From Mariniphaga sp. (GTDB lineage Bacteria; Bacteroidota; Bacteroidia; Bacteroidales; Prolixibacteraceae), in assembly GCA_035645995.1 (NCBI GenBank), contig DASRQG010000684.1, positions 1 to 57,774 on the forward strand: a stretch of 57,774 nt of DNA. The letters are read 5' to 3'. Positions 1 through 8,465 of the stretch are shown here, in pieces (within the stretch, counting starts at the first letter, position 1; every line of letters starts with the position of its first letter). A program made the position numbers and the translations under genes. Under the pieces are notes generated by a model, which saw only the letters and a program-made list of their open reading frames with translations, did no database searches and had not been told where the DNA came from.

Positions 1-35
1 GTTCGCTTCTTTAATGACTACAGGATAAGGTATTA

Positions 36-641
36 ATGGCCGGGTATATATTAGCAGAGTTAAAACGGCATTCGCCTTTTACAGTTATTGGAGCATCGAG
101 TGGAGTTCTTGCTGCATTAGTATTTCAGGGATTACGACAACCTGTTTTGTATAAAATTTTTTATACTTTGCATCCAATTCATGTTGTATTAAGTGCTCTG
201 GTGACTGCATCGATGTATAAAACCCATACTAAATCGGGCAAGAAATTATTTACACTCCTGTTAATAGGTTATTTTGGTTCGGTTGGGATTGCTACACTGA
301 GTGATTCGGTTATTCCTTTTATAGCTGAAATGTTGCTTGGTATGCCTGAAAGAGAGATTCATATAGGATTTATTGAAAAGTGGTGGCTGATAAATCCGCT
401 TGCTATAATGGGTGTTGCTATTGCTTACATATTTCCACAGACAAAATTCCCGCACGCAGGGCATGTATTATTAAGCACCTGGGCATCAACATTTCACATT
501 CTTATGTCAAAAGGTCACTTGAATTTTGCTACTTATCTGGTTGTTTTTTGTTTTTTGTTTATCGCAGTATGGCTTCCCTGTTGCGTAAGTGATATAGTCT
601 TCCCTTTAATGTTCATTAAAAACAAAAACTCAATTAATTGA
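36..641 (+). CDS. Hypothetical multi-pass membrane protein with His/Cys motifs (possible metal permease)
   Basis: 201 aa with ~5-6 hydrophobic segments. Motifs HSPFT, HPIHVVLSA, FPHAGH, WLPCCVSD. AAGG-type RBS upstream of the ATG. Confidence 0.6.
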   Translation: MAGYILAELKRHSPFTVIGASSGVLAALVFQGLRQPVLYKIFYTLHPIHVVLSALVTASMYKTHTKSGKKLFTLLLIGYFGSVGIATLSDSVIPFIAEMLLGMPEREIHIGFIEKWWLINPLAIMGVAIAYIFPQTKFPHAGHVLLSTWASTFHILMSKGHLNFATYLVVFCFLFIAVWLPCCVSDIVFPLMFIKNKNSIN

Positions 642-705
642 ATATTTATTTAAAAAGAGTTGTCTGATCAAAAAACATAAAATATTTTAATTGCAATTTA
701 CATTA

Positions 706-872
706 ATTCAGGAGCCAGGGAATGTCGGTGTAAATCCGAAGCGGACCTGCCACTGTAATTCCATTACTGATTCCATCTCTGGAATTGGGAACTGTCAATC
801 CAAGCCACTGCCCCGATGTAAAATCAGGATGGGAAGGCGACAGTTCGGAAAAGCCAGGAGACCTGCCTGAAT
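706..872 (+). promoter_or_regulatory. Cobalamin (B12) riboswitch
   Basis: Contains GGGAAnnnCGGTGnAAATCCG...CGG.CC.GCCACTGTAA (718-758), GCCACTG...GGGAAGGC (804-838) and the B12 box AAGCCAGGAGACCTGCC (851-867). Terminal TTCAGG/CCTGAA pairing. Lies directly upstream of a BtuB-like gene and cob genes. Confidence 0.95.
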
Positions 873-887
873 CACTATCTACACTTG

Positions 888-926
888 TGAACCTTCATGG
901 GTTTAAGGTTCAAAGGAGAATCCTTT
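888..926 (+). promoter_or_regulatory. Riboswitch expression platform: two hairpins, the second sequestering the Shine-Dalgarno
   Basis: TGAACCTT(888-895)/AAGGTTCA(905-912) inverted repeat. AAAGGA-GAA-TCCTTT (912-926) pairs the AAGGAG RBS just before GTG 929. Confidence 0.6.
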
Positions 927-928
927 TT

Positions 929-3088
929 GTGTATTATAAATTTCCAGCACAATTGTGCATGCTTTTACTGTTTAGTTATAACGCATGTATTGCTGAACAG
1001 AATGTTATAGCTAATAGCAGCAACACAGTAGACTCGTCAGCAAATTATACAAATGCAGACAGGGCTATTTCAAGTGAAAATAGAGATACTGCAGCGATAT
1101 CGTATCTTGAAAAGATGTTTGTATCTGCCAATCGAATGCAGCGTCTTATGGAAACAGCTCATTCGCTATCAGTAGTAAAAGCAGATCAGTGGGCTGGTAC
1201 TGGCAAAACCATTGCAGATGTAATATCCGGGCAATCCGGAGTTCATACCAGGCGTTATGGCGGTACTGGTTCAATGCAGACAGTATCAATCAGAGGGATC
1301 CCCGGATCCAGGATACAAGTGTTTGTTGACGGTGTTGCATTGAATTCATCTATGGGTGGTGCGGTTGATCTAGGTAAATTGAACCCGGAGCGGTTTGAAT
1401 CAATCGAAATACATAAGGGAATTACTCCATCATCATTTGGAGGAAACGGTATTGGTGGTGTAGTCAACTTGCGTACGAAGCGTCCGACACCTGGAGAGAA
1501 TGGTACAAAAATTATGGTTTCAGGTGGCAGTTATGGCCTGCTTGAAAGCTGTATCGATGTGTTTCGTCATTTTGATACAATCGCCACTTTGGGTGCATAC
1601 CTTTCTTATAAACATGCGAAAAATACTTTCCCATATCTTGATCGCAACAACACAGTAACAATTACTTCAGATGACCAGATCCGTTATGTCAATAATGGAG
1701 AATATACCAATGCACAGGGCGGATTAACGGGCGATTATTGGTTGAATAACAGTTCTGTTATAAGGTGCAGGTTGGAACATACAAGAATCTCAGGTGGAAT
1801 TCCGGCAGAAGAATCAAAAGAAAATGTAACGGCAGGATATACTCAGAATTGTACGGTTGGAGATATTAGAATCGTATCAGATAAAAAATACGGTTCAAGG
1901 ATGACATTAGAACCACGAATGAATTTTGAGATAAAAACTGGCGAAACACATTCTACCGGACTTGATCATTTCAGTCACCCGCACGGTACTTTAACTTCAG
2001 GAGATTATATAGAGTTAGGATACCGGGACATTAAAGCAAATTGCGCGCTGCAGTTAAATTATAAACCTTGTGTATGGTGGTCTCTAAATGCATTAATGTC
2101 CATAACTGGAGAAGACTTTGATCCTTTTTCAAGTAAAAATGACAGTATACATGGAGAATGGCCGGGAAGAAGGGTTCAAGGCTCATTTTCCACAACACTG
2201 GATTTTTTATCTGAAAAAACCGGTTTAGGGTTGGAACTTGAAGGCGCGATTGAGGGAATTTATACCCAAACAGATGGAGGTGTGGATAGCTACTTTAAAT
2301 ATTCTGTACCGGATAATGATACGACTGAGATGGAGAAATCCTGGCGTGCAGGGTTACGTTGGACAGGGATTACTGGTTGTTTGTTGTTTGCAAATCTTGG
2401 AAGTTATTACAAAATTCCTTCACTTCATGAGCGTTATGGCTCTTTTGGCGCAGTACTGCCAAATCCGGATCTGGCAACAGAGAGTGGTCAGACGATTGAT
2501 TGTGGAATTAAATTAAATTTATCCAGATGTTATGTAGAAATTATCGGCTTTTACAATCTTCTAAAAAACGGGATTTATGTTCATAACGACGGCAGGTATT
2601 TAAAGTCAAGAAATATAGGCGGAGCCAATGTTTACGGGATTGAAGCGAATGTTGCTTTACCTGTTATTAAATATCTTGAATTCGAGAATCATCTGACTAT
2701 ACAAAGAACAGAAAACAGCTCTGATATCAGTTACTATAAAGGATTACACCTGCCAGGAGAACCACCTGTTATTAATGAATTTATGACACGGATTGGACCA
2801 TGGTACAATTTTGATTTACAATATTTACTTGAATTTCATTCTGCCTGTTATCGTGATTTTAAAAATGTTCAAAGAGTGCCTGCTGACATAACAAAAAAAG
2901 GATTGTTTTTCAACAGCTTTCGGTTAAGATGGTATCCATCCCGGGGATTTTCATTAGCTGTATCTGCAAACAATATTACAATGTTTAATTTTTCATGGAA
3001 AGATCTTCCGGGAAATTATGAAAATGCAAAAACACATATAGTTTATCCCGGCCGGGAATACAGGTTAACATTAGAATACCAGTTCTGA
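929..3088 (+). CDS. btuB: TonB-dependent receptor, BtuB-like corrinoid transporter
   Basis: Plug motifs (VSIRG, VFVDGV, IEIHKG, GGVVNL), NPDLATESG barrel motif, C-terminal Phe (LEYQF), directly under the B12 riboswitch. Start moved from 785 (inside the aptamer) to GTG 929 with an AAGGAG RBS. Confidence 0.85.
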   Translation: MYYKFPAQLCMLLLFSYNACIAEQNVIANSSNTVDSSANYTNADRAISSENRDTAAISYLEKMFVSANRMQRLMETAHSLSVVKADQWAGTGKTIADVISGQSGVHTRRYGGTGSMQTVSIRGIPGSRIQVFVDGVALNSSMGGAVDLGKLNPERFESIEIHKGITPSSFGGNGIGGVVNLRTKRPTPGENGTKIMVSGGSYGLLESCIDVFRHFDTIATLGAYLSYKHAKNTFPYLDRNNTVTITSDDQIRYVNNGEYTNAQGGLTGDYWLNNSSVIRCRLEHTRISGGIPAEESKENVTAGYTQNCTVGDIRIVSDKKYGSRMTLEPRMNFEIKTGETHSTGLDHFSHPHGTLTSGDYIELGYRDIKANCALQLNYKPCVWWSLNALMSITGEDFDPFSSKNDSIHGEWPGRRVQGSFSTTLDFLSEKTGLGLELEGAIEGIYTQTDGGVDSYFKYSVPDNDTTEMEKSWRAGLRWTGITGCLLFANLGSYYKIPSLHERYGSFGAVLPNPDLATESGQTIDCGIKLNLSRCYVEIIGFYNLLKNGIYVHNDGRYLKSRNIGGANVYGIEANVALPVIKYLEFENHLTIQRTENSSDISYYKGLHLPGEPPVINEFMTRIGPWYNFDLQYLLEFHSACYRDFKNVQRVPADITKKGLFFNSFRLRWYPSRGFSLAVSANNITMFNFSWKDLPGNYENAKTHIVYPGREYRLTLEYQF

Positions 3089-3336
3089 GCCGCGTAATAT
3101 GAAATATAAGTATAAATATAATTTACTATACCATTACCAGTAAATTCAAGGAGTATGGTGAAGGATTATTGTTGTATGAGGTATTGGATATTCATAATTG
3201 TCGGTTGTTGAAAATCAATAACGTTTGGTAATGCCAAAACAATTGAAAAAATTTTGGAATAACGTATTGATACACGAATCCAAATGCGTAAGTAAAAATG
3301 CAGGTTTGGTGAAATATTACATTGTCAGGAGGTATA

Positions 3337-4419
3337 ATGAAAAAGAAATGTTTATTTGTTTGTGTAACGTTTGCTGTATGGTTTTTATCGGGGTGTATAG
3401 AGACAGAAAATCCGGTGAAGACAGAAGAAGATTCTTTTAAATATATTGATATACAGGAGTATGCATGTCCTGATGATGGAACTGGTAATCCTTATGTTGA
3501 TCAAATGGTGCGGTATGGTGATTATGTATATGCGGGATTACAACGGCGAAATGGATTTGAACCTGGATGTAATTCACAAGTACTGAAAATAGATATTGCA
3601 ACTGATAAGGTAGTGGAAATATATGATCTGAAATTTAAAAATAATTATAGTATTGTAATAGTTGACAATAAGTTATACGCATCAAATCCGGGGAGTTCTT
3701 ATCAGACCGGTGATGGGGCAATAGAGAAACTGGATTTGACAAGTGGAAAGATAAGTACGGTAATAACAGAGGATATTCTGGGGGGGAGTCCGAACCAGAT
3801 TGTACATAAAAGCGGTACAAGATTTTATGTGCAGGTATATATTGAATATGAAAATGTACCTGTGTATGAAATCGATTTTGACAATGGTGAAATTATAGAT
3901 ACATTGGAAGGAGTTGTTAACGCTTTTGGCGGATTCTGTTATGATAATGAAACTGAAAGGTTGTTTGTAAGTGAATGGGTAACAGATGATGCGGGGGTTA
4001 AAATTTTTAAGGACAACATAAAGATTGGTGAAACAGTTTCATCATCAATGACTCTTCCACCCTCATCCATGAGTATTTTAAATGGTAAACTTTTCCTGAC
4101 AGAAACAGATTATAGAACAGGCATTCTGGAATGGATGAAGGTTAATGGAGAATCGATGGGAAAATCATGGATGGAAATCAGCAGTGATGCAATTATTCGT
4201 GAAGATGGTACCTGGATTTATGTTATAGAGAGATTTGGTTCAGATAAATTGATGCGTATTGATCCCAATAATATAAAAAATGATGCAATCAATTATGAAA
4301 CAATTTTTGATGAAGGATCAAACCCGGTTGATATTGAAATCGTGACATCAAACAAAGCGTACGTAAGTTTACAGAAAATACCCAGAATAGTCGTAATAGA
4401 TCCAAATATCGGAAGATGA
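3337..4419 (+). CDS. Beta-propeller lipoprotein, putative surface corrinoid-binding protein (YncE/BtuG-like)
   Basis: AGGAGG RBS then ATG 3337. MKKK...FLSGC lipobox. Repeated propeller blade motifs (KLYASN, SPNQI, SNPVDI, KAYVS). Located between btuB and the cob genes. Confidence 0.7.
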   Translation: MKKKCLFVCVTFAVWFLSGCIETENPVKTEEDSFKYIDIQEYACPDDGTGNPYVDQMVRYGDYVYAGLQRRNGFEPGCNSQVLKIDIATDKVVEIYDLKFKNNYSIVIVDNKLYASNPGSSYQTGDGAIEKLDLTSGKISTVITEDILGGSPNQIVHKSGTRFYVQVYIEYENVPVYEIDFDNGEIIDTLEGVVNAFGGFCYDNETERLFVSEWVTDDAGVKIFKDNIKIGETVSSSMTLPPSSMSILNGKLFLTETDYRTGILEWMKVNGESMGKSWMEISSDAIIREDGTWIYVIERFGSDKLMRIDPNNIKNDAINYETIFDEGSNPVDIEIVTSNKAYVSLQKIPRIVVIDPNIGR

Positions 4420-4514
4420 TCTGGTTGAAGAGTTGTTAATGTAAATAAAAACAGAGGAATAGTTTAAATTTGGAAAATATAAAATGATAAAACAGTCAAC
4501 AGACAGGAATAGAT

Positions 4515-5030
4515 ATGAAAGGATATATTCAGGTTTATACCGGTAATGGTAAAGGAAAAACAACTGCTGCGATTGGATTATCTATTCGAGCTGCAGGGGC
4601 CGGAAAAAGAGTGCTGTTTATACAGTTTGTAAAGGGAGAGGTTTACAGCGAAATAAAGGCGCTGAAGAGGTATGACGACCTTATAGAGATCCATCAGTAT
4701 GGACAAGGATGTTTTATTGAAAAGCAAATAACGGACGAAGATAGAGAATTGGCAATGACAGGTTTAAATGAGGTAAAAAGGTTACTGAAAATAAACAATT
4801 ATGAAGTAATCGTTCTTGATGAGGCAAACATTGCATTGTATTTTGGTCTTTTTACTATTAATGAATTGATGAGTGTTATAGATTGCCGCCCAAAGGGGTG
4901 TGAGGTAATTATTACAGGAAGGTATGCTCCTGAAAAGCTGATCGAATCAGCTGATCTGGTCACAGAAATGAAAGAAGTCAAGCATTACTTTACAAAAGGT
5001 GTATACGCAAGAAAAGGGATCGAGAAGTGA
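4515..5030 (+). CDS. cobO: Cob(I)alamin/cob(I)yrinate diamide adenosyltransferase (CobO/BtuR/CobA family)
   Basis: QVYTGNGKGKTTAAIG P-loop, IQFVKG, VLDE, ITGR, ADLVTEM..VKH, ARKGIE. Confidence 0.95.
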   Translation: MKGYIQVYTGNGKGKTTAAIGLSIRAAGAGKRVLFIQFVKGEVYSEIKALKRYDDLIEIHQYGQGCFIEKQITDEDRELAMTGLNEVKRLLKINNYEVIVLDEANIALYFGLFTINELMSVIDCRPKGCEVIITGRYAPEKLIESADLVTEMKEVKHYFTKGVYARKGIEK

Positions 5031-5827
5031 AGGCACATGAAAAAGGTTCATACCCGTTTACGCTTGGTACAACATCATATATAATACCTGATGATATTTT
5101 ACCTAATGTGAGAATACTCGCACCATATGTTGACGATATTGAACTCGTATTATTCGAATCTCCGGAATTATCAAATATGCCGTCGAACGATAATATTTCA
5201 GAGATGATCTATATAAAAAAGCAATATTCAACGGGGTATACGGTTCATTTGCCGACGGACAAAAAAGCCGGATCGGAAAATATCAGGGAAAGAATTAAAT
5301 TTTGTGATGATGTCAAAAAAGTAATTGAGTTGACTTATCCCTTAAATCCCCGGGCATGGATACTTCATCTGGAAGGAATAACTAAAAACACGAATAAAGA
5401 TGGGTTGGCAAGGTGGACAGACAGATGTTTCGAGGTTTTAAAAAATATTGATTCTTTTATTGAGGATACGTCTTTAATTGCTATAGAAAATCTTGGTTAT
5501 CCATGGGTATGGCATGAAAATCTGGCTGAACAGTTTAATATGTCTCTATGCTGTGATGTCGGGCATTTGTGGCTAAATGGTCATGAAAACTGGATTGATG
5601 ATGTGAAACAGATGTTATCAAAAACAATTGTAGTTCACCTTCATGGCGTATGCAGTTTCAAGGATCATGTCGGATTACAAAAAGGAGATAGAAAATTATT
5701 GAAATTATTTCTGAATGAACTAATATTGAAAAAGTATAAAGGAGTCATAACTCTGGAAATATTTAACGGGAATGATTTTTTTGGTTCAATGGAGGCTTTG
5801 AAGAAAGAATGGGAGCTGTTACATTAA
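5027..5827 (+). CDS. cbiR: Cobamide-remodelling phosphodiesterase CbiR-like (AP endonuclease 2/TIM barrel)
   Basis: LGTTSYIIP..I..NV..L...VDDIELVLFES N-terminus. Metal motifs VHLP, IENL, CDVGH, VHLHG, DH, TLE. Coupled between cobO and cobU. Confidence 0.75.
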   Translation: MKAHEKGSYPFTLGTTSYIIPDDILPNVRILAPYVDDIELVLFESPELSNMPSNDNISEMIYIKKQYSTGYTVHLPTDKKAGSENIRERIKFCDDVKKVIELTYPLNPRAWILHLEGITKNTNKDGLARWTDRCFEVLKNIDSFIEDTSLIAIENLGYPWVWHENLAEQFNMSLCCDVGHLWLNGHENWIDDVKQMLSKTIVVHLHGVCSFKDHVGLQKGDRKLLKLFLNELILKKYKGVITLEIFNGNDFFGSMEALKKEWELLH

Positions 5828-6351
5828 TAACCGGCGGTGTAAGGAGCGGAAAAAGCAGCCTGGCACTGAATATTGGGGAAAAATCAAAGTTTACACAAAA
5901 AATATTTATCGCAACCGCTGAAGTAATAGATGAAGAAATGCGTGAAAGGGTAGAAAAACATCGCCTGGAGCGGGGAGATGTATGGAAAACTGTCGAAGAA
6001 CAATTAGATCTTGTCTCTGTCATTAAACAAACAGGAGAAAAGGCTGTAGTTGTTATTGATTGTTGCACAGTATGGCTTGGAAATATCTGGCATGTCCACG
6101 GTAGTGATAATTCTAACCTCGAAACAAATATTGAAAAATTATGTTCATTTCTGAAAGAGTACGTTTCGCAAAGACAAGTTGAAATAATTATTGTTTCTAA
6201 TGAGGTTGGATGGGGTATTGTCCCGCACGATCCGGCAGTAAGGCGATACAGGGATTGGGCAGGTAAATTGAATCAGCGTATTGCTGGTATTGCAACAGAG
6301 GTTTATTTATGCGTTTCAGGTATACCCGTTAAAATTAAAGAAGAACATTAA
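5809..6351 (+). CDS. cobU: Bifunctional adenosylcobinamide kinase / cobinamide-phosphate guanylyltransferase
   Basis: LITGGVRSGKS, FIATA, DEEMRERVEKHR..RG..WKTVEE, IDC, VSNEVGWGIVP. Confidence 0.95.
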   Translation: MGAVTLITGGVRSGKSSLALNIGEKSKFTQKIFIATAEVIDEEMRERVEKHRLERGDVWKTVEEQLDLVSVIKQTGEKAVVVIDCCTVWLGNIWHVHGSDNSNLETNIEKLCSFLKEYVSQRQVEIIIVSNEVGWGIVPHDPAVRRYRDWAGKLNQRIAGIATEVYLCVSGIPVKIKEEH

Positions 6352-6392
6352 GTTGTTATGCTGTTCATTATTGTTAAGGTAAGGAGCGTTTC

Positions 6393-7439
6393 ATGGATAA
6401 AATGGTAAAAGGTATTGAAAACCCGTTAGATGAGGTCATACAAAAGCAGGTACAGGAAAGATTGGATGATTTGACAAAGCCAAAGGGAAGTCTTGGTTAT
6501 CTGGAATCATTAATTTTACAATACTGCTTATGTCGTGGAGATGAGACCTCGTGTATAAATAAAAAAATGCTGTATGTGTTTTCCGGGGATCATGGGATAA
6601 CTGAGGAAGGAGTTGCTCCTTATCCAAAAGACGTTACAATTCAAATGGTTCGTAATATGCTTGACGGAGGCGCAGCTGTAAGTGTTATGTGCCAAATGGC
6701 AGGTGTTCAATATAAAGTTGTTAATATGGGTATTGACGGTAATGTTGAAAGCAATTCTCACCTTTTATCTTATCCGGTCGCACCATGTACAAAAAATTTC
6801 AGCAAAGAAGCAGCCATGACAAATGATCAGTGTTTGCAGGCCCTTGAAACGGGTTTTGACATTGCACTTTCAACACATAGTGATCTGTATGCTATTGGGG
6901 AGATGGGAATAGGTAATACAACATCTGCCTCAGCATTAGCTGCCTTATTACTAAACGAAAACCCGGTAAAAACAGTGGGGATGGGTACCGGGGCTACAGG
7001 TTCAGTCATGAACAGGAAACAGAATGCAGTAGTAAACAGTGTAAAATTTCACCAGAGTAATTGGGATGGTTCGGTCTTTGATGCGCTTGCGAGATTGGGC
7101 GGGTTTGAAATTGCAGGAATGACTGGTTTTATACTCGGCTGTTCAAAAAAACGGATACCGGTAATTATAGATGGGTTTATTACAACAGTTTCTGCTTTAT
7201 GTGCTGTAAAGATGAATCCGGTAGTAAAAAACTATTTGATTTTCAGTCACGTTTCTGACGAACAGTATCATAATGAATTATTGAAAAAAATGGATGTAAG
7301 ACCTTTGATGAATCTTAACATGAGGCTTGGTGAGGGGACCGGAGCAGTTTTAGGAATACAAATCGTTGAGCAGGCATTAGCTTGTTATCATGGAATGGCG
7401 ACTTTTTCGGGAGCGGGGGTTTCGAATCGGGATAATTAA
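6393..7439 (+). CDS. cobT: Nicotinate-nucleotide--dimethylbenzimidazole phosphoribosyltransferase
   Basis: LTKPKGSLG.LE, DHG, GEMGIGNTTSA, GGFEIAG, DGFI, MRLGEGTGA, MATF. Confidence 0.95.
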   Translation: MDKMVKGIENPLDEVIQKQVQERLDDLTKPKGSLGYLESLILQYCLCRGDETSCINKKMLYVFSGDHGITEEGVAPYPKDVTIQMVRNMLDGGAAVSVMCQMAGVQYKVVNMGIDGNVESNSHLLSYPVAPCTKNFSKEAAMTNDQCLQALETGFDIALSTHSDLYAIGEMGIGNTTSASALAALLLNENPVKTVGMGTGATGSVMNRKQNAVVNSVKFHQSNWDGSVFDALARLGGFEIAGMTGFILGCSKKRIPVIIDGFITTVSALCAVKMNPVVKNYLIFSHVSDEQYHNELLKKMDVRPLMNLNMRLGEGTGAVLGIQIVEQALACYHGMATFSGAGVSNRDN

Positions 7440-8178
7440 TGGATTAATTACTGCAGTAAGAACATTGACAGTTGTATCTGTTCCGGGACCTGAGGTAAAA
7501 AGGCGTTATTATTCACTGCCATGGTTTGTAGCTGCAGGATTGATTATTGGATTAGTGCAGTATTATATCGGAACATTTTTATTCACCTGGAAAAGCGAGT
7601 TGTTGAATATAGCTGCTTTCTTTATGGTTGTAATTAATTACATTCTGACTGGAGGATTGCATCTGGATGGTTTGGCTGATTCAGCGGATGCTTTTGGAAC
7701 AGTCCGTAATCGTGAAAAAACACTTAAAATTCTTAAGGATTCTCATATTGGTGTTTTTGGTGCAGGTGCAATTGTTTTGGGAATTCTATGGAGAATTATA
7801 TTATATAAACATTTGTTAAGTTTAAATCAGGCTGTCTGGATTGTATATGGGATTTTATTATCTAGGGTTATTCAGGCGTTGATTTTACAACATGTTTCAT
7901 ATGTACGTGGTAGTGAAGGAAAAGCATATGGGTATAAGGGACCTTTTTTTGTAAGTATTATTTTATTTTTACAGGTAATGGTATTTATTATGTATATAAC
8001 CTTTTGTCATGATATAAGGGTTGCTATTATTCCATTTTGCACGGCACTTCTTATTCTCTTATTTTTATTGTCACTATTTGTCAGGCGGCTGGGAGGGTTT
8101 ACAGGAGATTGTCTTGGAGCGGTTACGGAAATATTTGAATATACATATTTAACAGCCAGCTATCTATTGCTGATTTAG
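7390..8178 (+). CDS. cobS: Adenosylcobinamide-GDP ribazoletransferase (cobalamin synthase)
   Basis: TGGLHLDGLADSADA, ILKDSHIGVFG, GGFTGDCLGA..E. Multi-pass membrane protein. The true start may be slightly downstream. Confidence 0.92.
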   Translation: MEWRLFRERGFRIGIINGLITAVRTLTVVSVPGPEVKRRYYSLPWFVAAGLIIGLVQYYIGTFLFTWKSELLNIAAFFMVVINYILTGGLHLDGLADSADAFGTVRNREKTLKILKDSHIGVFGAGAIVLGILWRIILYKHLLSLNQAVWIVYGILLSRVIQALILQHVSYVRGSEGKAYGYKGPFFVSIILFLQVMVFIMYITFCHDIRVAIIPFCTALLILLFLLSLFVRRLGGFTGDCLGAVTEIFEYTYLTASYLLLI

Positions 8179-8465
8179 TTTTGTTAAGATTATATAATAA
8201 AGAAAACTGTTGTTTTCTGTTACGCCTGGGGCATTATTGTTAGTGTCTTTATCTGGAATGGTTGAAAGCCCCTCGCCTCGCTACCATATCAGGAAGTTAT
8301 TTCTCCGCAGTCGCTCGTACAACAAGACATAAGGAATATCTTGGGTTAAACCGATGGGTTTAAACAATTATTATATGGTTAAGCTAAACTTCGCATGAGG
8401 GTGTGGTTTAGTAAGTCGACCAGTTTTTGAATTTCTCGAATTGAAGTCGAGGGAGTATGCTCAAT

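Noticed and set aside
785-928. N-terminal 48 aa of the listed 767-aa ORF
   Set aside because: It overlaps the riboswitch aptamer and has no RBS. GTG 929 has an SD and gives a signal-peptide-like N-terminus.
8260-8365. Possible further repeat copy or bidirectional terminator between cobS and wzc
   Set aside because: Only short word matches (AAGGAAT..TTGGGTTAAA) and a weak 7-bp AT-rich stem. Insufficient support.
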